Positions 61,801 through 64,000 of a stretch of 64,000 bases of DNA are shown here, piece by piece; position 1 is the first letter of the stretch, and every line of letters starts with the position of its first letter. Position numbers and translations under genes: made by a program. The notes under the pieces are model-generated. The model saw only the letters and a list, made by a program, of their open reading frames with translations. It did no database searches and had not been told where the DNA came from. Source of the stretch: Vulcanimicrobiota bacterium. Its GTDB lineage: Bacteria > Vulcanimicrobiota > Vulcanimicrobiia > Vulcanimicrobiales > Vulcanimicrobiaceae. The stretch lies in the NCBI GenBank assembly GCA_963714015.1, contig OY970223.1:1-64000 (forward strand), written 5' to 3'.

Positions 61801-62079
61801 ATCAAGGAGAGCGCTTTCACGCGTTTCCGCCCCATCGTCATGACGAGCTGCTCGATCATCGCTGCCATGTTGCCGCTGGCGCTGGCGCTCGAACCGGGAA
61901 CGTCCAGTCACTCGAGCTTGGGTGTCGTCGTCATAGGCGGCGTCGCAAGCTCGCTCGTGCTGACGCTGCTGCTGATACCCGTCGTCTACATGTGGTTCGC
62001 GCCCGACAAGATCACCGTATCAAACGCGCCGGCCGGAACGGGAGAAGCATCGGCGCTCCCGGAGCCCACGACGGTATAA
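58855..62079 (+). CDS. RND efflux transporter permease (AcrB family)
   Basis: 1074 aa; GILVDDSTVVLENIER, GIATKNGILLVDYA, RFRPIVMT. Confidence 0.95.
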   Translation: MNLTKLFLERPPLVFVLVCVMIVAGAISLATIVKELFPNVSQPTITISANYSGASVTEMRDNIVAPIEENLAGTTDLQNINSVVQQGQAQISATFTITSSEATDLALTEKAVQAAERQLPANMPAPTVNIRDPAEETVVTLAMYSSKLTPGEMALYANNVVVPQIQQIPGISYASVGGAVTPAYEVEVDPAKLAARNLTLNDVINTLNEQNNRVPGGYAYQPGRQTIIDVRGDIQTIQQVKDLPIIASSGGAASNETAGQVESYTGGLSSLPGGVNAWTAGSQATRIGDVANVIEGNEPQLQYARINGHRGFFLSVQKTADASEVDASNNFMKQLPQLEREFPAIHFEIVNIASRFTQQQMNAVLHTLLEAIFLTALAMLFFLRSWRSAIVVCIAIPTSLAIALTVMRMTGMTVDTISMLAMTLVIGILVDDSTVVLENIERHFRDLKQNPKDAAYGGRMEIGAAAVVITLVDVVVFLPIAFMSGQVGRFLVEFALIIVISTLTSLFISFTVTPTLAGLWALQSHWKPWRIVDAFGRGFDKLRDWYAHRALLWALEHRTVVLLGCMLSFVLSIGLVGTGVVGETFIPSVDRGEIYIQLQYPEGTPIAAVRTSAYKLEALIDKTLDLQHETTVAGAYSASFGGFVVQPDVAQIHVFLNDNRKHSTYYWVAQFQQMLHRVLPNVTGSVVPSSGTGGGNAQPIDFLVSDLTGGDPTPYAQRALALLKSTPGATSVNSSAQELAPEVSVIFNRQKAEALDVDLGQAANAAGAAFGGDVATQFETASGLEQVQVIYPQSDQTSLTTLSAIPIRANNGQIVHLGDIATFALTPTPPFITRTNRNTVIHVDANVAPGDSLSNVENAFEKRLPSLHLPPNVVVRPAPMGQQDYMHQVLVGMGMSMILSIVLVFLLMVALYNSYSSPFIIIFSVPVAAVGAIGALLITRETLNLFSLIGTILLIGIATKNGILLVDYANTLRARGRNKLAAIKESAFTRFRPIVMTSCSIIAAMLPLALALEPGTSSHSSLGVVVIGGVASSLVLTLLLIPVVYMWFAPDKITVSNAPAGTGEASALPEPTTV

Positions 62080-62099
62080 AGCTACGGATCGCTCCGACT

Positions 62100-62741
62100 T
62101 CACCGAAGCCTCTGTCGATTTTCGGGTTGCTCGATCGTCGCTAACGCTGCTTTCACCAGCGCCGCAGCTGCCCAAACGACAACGTCCTCTTGTTCTCGCG
62201 ACGTTAGCCCTCGAACGTCGGCCAAAACGATCATCGCTTCCCATCCCAGAAAAACGGATAAAGCAGAAACGAGCCGTTCGTATTCTTTCTTTTTCAGCCG
62301 GCCCCGAAGCGGCGCCAGTGCATTCTCTATCCATTCGGTGCGGCGATAACCTCTGAGGGGAGTTGATCGCTTGGCGTTCGGCGCTTCAACGGTAAGGCGA
62401 ATCAACGTGCGGCCCAGTCGAAGCGTTTCGGCGGATCCCTTTATCAAACTACGCGCGAGTGTTTCGACGCGCGTCTGAGCATCGCCGGATTGCTCGATGG
62501 CGATCGGCACAGCGCGAGTGGACGAAAGCGTTCCGAGCGTTGCGTCGATGAGGAGCTGCTCGATCGTCGGGAAGTACATGTAAACGGTGCGGCGCGACAC
62601 GCCCGCAGCCGCGGCGATCTCATTGACCGAAGGCGCCTGCCCCGCCTCGAGCAAGCGCGCCGCCGCCGAAAGAATCGCTTTGCGCGTTCGACCGCGCTGA
62701 GCCGGGCGGCCCTCTTGACTGTCGCTACCCTCGTGTGCCAT
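62100..62741 (-). CDS. TetR/AcrR family transcriptional regulator
   Basis: RTRKAILSAAARL, VNEIAAAAGVSRRTVYMYFPT. Confidence 0.92.
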   Translation of the reverse strand: MAHEGSDSQEGRPAQRGRTRKAILSAAARLLEAGQAPSVNEIAAAAGVSRRTVYMYFPTIEQLLIDATLGTLSSTRAVPIAIEQSGDAQTRVETLARSLIKGSAETLRLGRTLIRLTVEAPNAKRSTPLRGYRRTEWIENALAPLRGRLKKKEYERLVSALSVFLGWEAMIVLADVRGLTSREQEDVVVWAAAALVKAALATIEQPENRQRLR

Positions 62742-62757
62742 ATTATTGCAATCTCGT

Positions 62758-62777
62758 AATTGCACAGGTATGCAATT
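62758..62777. promoter_or_regulatory. Palindromic operator between the divergent TetR and ABM genes
   Basis: Perfect 7-bp inverted repeat AATTGCA-CAGGTA-TGCAATT, plus a further ATTGCA at 62745. Confidence 0.65.
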
Positions 62778-62799
62778 TGTCCTCGAAGGAGGCAGAACG

Positions 62800-63124
62800 T
62801 TGATCACACTCATCAATTGCTTCGAGGTCGCCGAGGGCCGGGAGGACGCGTTCCTTGCTCTGTGGACCGAAGTGAACCATTACATGCGAAAAAAGCCTGG
62901 TTATCTTCGTCACCGGCTTCACCGCGCCGTTTCGCCACAAGCGCCTTACCGCTTCGTCAACATCGCGGATTGGGAGTCGGCCGAACAATTTGAAGCTGCG
63001 CATGACGAGCAATTTCGCAATTTGGTCGCAAAGCTGGAATGGCGCGAATTCCGCTCGACCCCGCAGACTCTTTCAGGTGGAAGACGAGTTCAGTCGAACG
63101 TTCGGCACCGCTCCAACCCGTTAA
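62800..63124 (+). CDS. Antibiotic biosynthesis monooxygenase (ABM) family protein; indel at 63067
   Basis: AAGGAGG then TTG; LINCFEV, PGYLRHRLHR, FVNIADWES; corrected end PQLFQVE. Confidence 0.85.
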
Positions 63125-63228
63125 AATTGCACGCCGGCACATTGTACGTTCTATTACAGATTCGCGCTTGATTCGGAGGAAATCGCGCGTTTCAGCGGAT
63201 TCTTGTGCACCGGCGAGAAGCATCGCAC

Positions 63229-64000
63229 ATGGGTCCGTTGAGCAGTACGGTAACGTTCCTTTTTTCCGACATCGAGGGCAGCACGCGACGTTGGGAAGCC
63301 TATCCCGATGCGATGGCGCTTGCTTTGGCTCGCCACGATGTATTGATGCGGGATGCAATCGAGAAGCGCGGCGGCCACGTCTTCAAGACGGTTGGCGATG
63401 CATTCTGCGCTGCCTTTTCGCGCGCCGGCGATGCGGTTCACGCCGCTCTCGTGGCGCAACGCGATCTATCGAATGACGACTTCTCCTCGGTCGGCGACAT
63501 TCGCGTTCGAATGGCGCTCCATACGGGCGCGGCACACGAACGCGATCGTGATTACTTCGGACCGGCGGTAAACCGCGTCGCGCGCCTGTTGTCGATCGGC
63601 CACGGCGGACAAGTCTTATTATCGTCGTCAACAGTCGACTTGCTGAATGGCTCGTTGCCTGACGGAATCTCACTGCAGGAGCTCGGCGCACATCGTTTAC
63701 CGGATCTCGGCCAGCCGGAGCTCGTCTACCAACTCGTGGCGCCGGATTTGCCCGAAACCTTCCCGGCGCTCAAATCATTGGGCGGTAAGCCGAACAATCT
63801 TCCGCGTCAACTCACATCGTTCGTCGGACGCGACGATGAATTACACGATATCAAGCAGCTGTCCGCGCGGTCACCGCTGCTGACGCTCGTCGGTACCGGC
63901 GGTTCGGGAAAAACGCGCTGCGGCATTCAGGCAGGGGCCGAACTTCTCGACGAGATGCGCGACGGTGTCTGGATAGCCGAACTGGCGCCATTGACGGATG
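63229..64000 (+). CDS. Class III adenylate/guanylate cyclase fused to a STAND (NB-ARC-like) NTPase; partial, runs off the window end
   Basis: Manual translation: TVTFLFSDIEGSTRRW, FKTVGDAF, RMALHTG, DYFGPAVNRVARL, NNLPRQLTSFVGR, TLVGTGGSGKTR. Confidence 0.92.
   Translation, partial: MGPLSSTVTFLFSDIEGSTRRWEAYPDAMALALARHDVLMRDAIEKRGGHVFKTVGDAFCAAFSRAGDAVHAALVAQRDLSNDDFSSVGDIRVRMALHTGAAHERDRDYFGPAVNRVARLLSIGHGGQVLLSSSTVDLLNGSLPDGISLQELGAHRLPDLGQPELVYQLVAPDLPETFPALKSLGGKPNNLPRQLTSFVGRDDELHDIKQLSARSPLLTLVGTGGSGKTRCGIQAGAELLDEMRDGVWIAELAPLTD

Overview
This is a GC-rich (roughly 60% by eye), gene-dense bacterial chromosomal window with about 55 genes, one tRNA-Thr(CGT), and no transposase, integrase or CRISPR array. 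The gene repertoire (LxACxGG lipoproteins, DUF2079 paralogs, a CBM9/DUF5916-like protein, an rplI-lonC-dnaB order, a cyclase-STAND NTPase) resembles Vulcanimicrobiota/Eremiobacterota; this is an inference. Housekeeping genes include hemL, lysA, dacB, msrA, two msrB copies, a 2-oxoacid:ferredoxin oxidoreductase, dnaB, rplI, rpsR, a glutamine synthetase, and MacAB-like and RND exporters. At least 12 single-base indels break otherwise intact genes, and 9 of them sit on or next to an AGCT tetramer, which points to motif-specific sequencing error, probably from host DNA modification at AGCT. Other points of interest are: a near-identical promoter and operator shared by two genes 35 kb apart; a Dam-family methyltransferase with a very small PD-(D/E)XK nuclease between the two msrB genes; a FolK fusion to an MptA-type GTP cyclohydrolase; an ECF42/YciI operon extended by a beta-propeller and a ubiquitin-like protein; and a candidate rod-shaped ncRNA. 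No single novel system can be established from the sequence alone.
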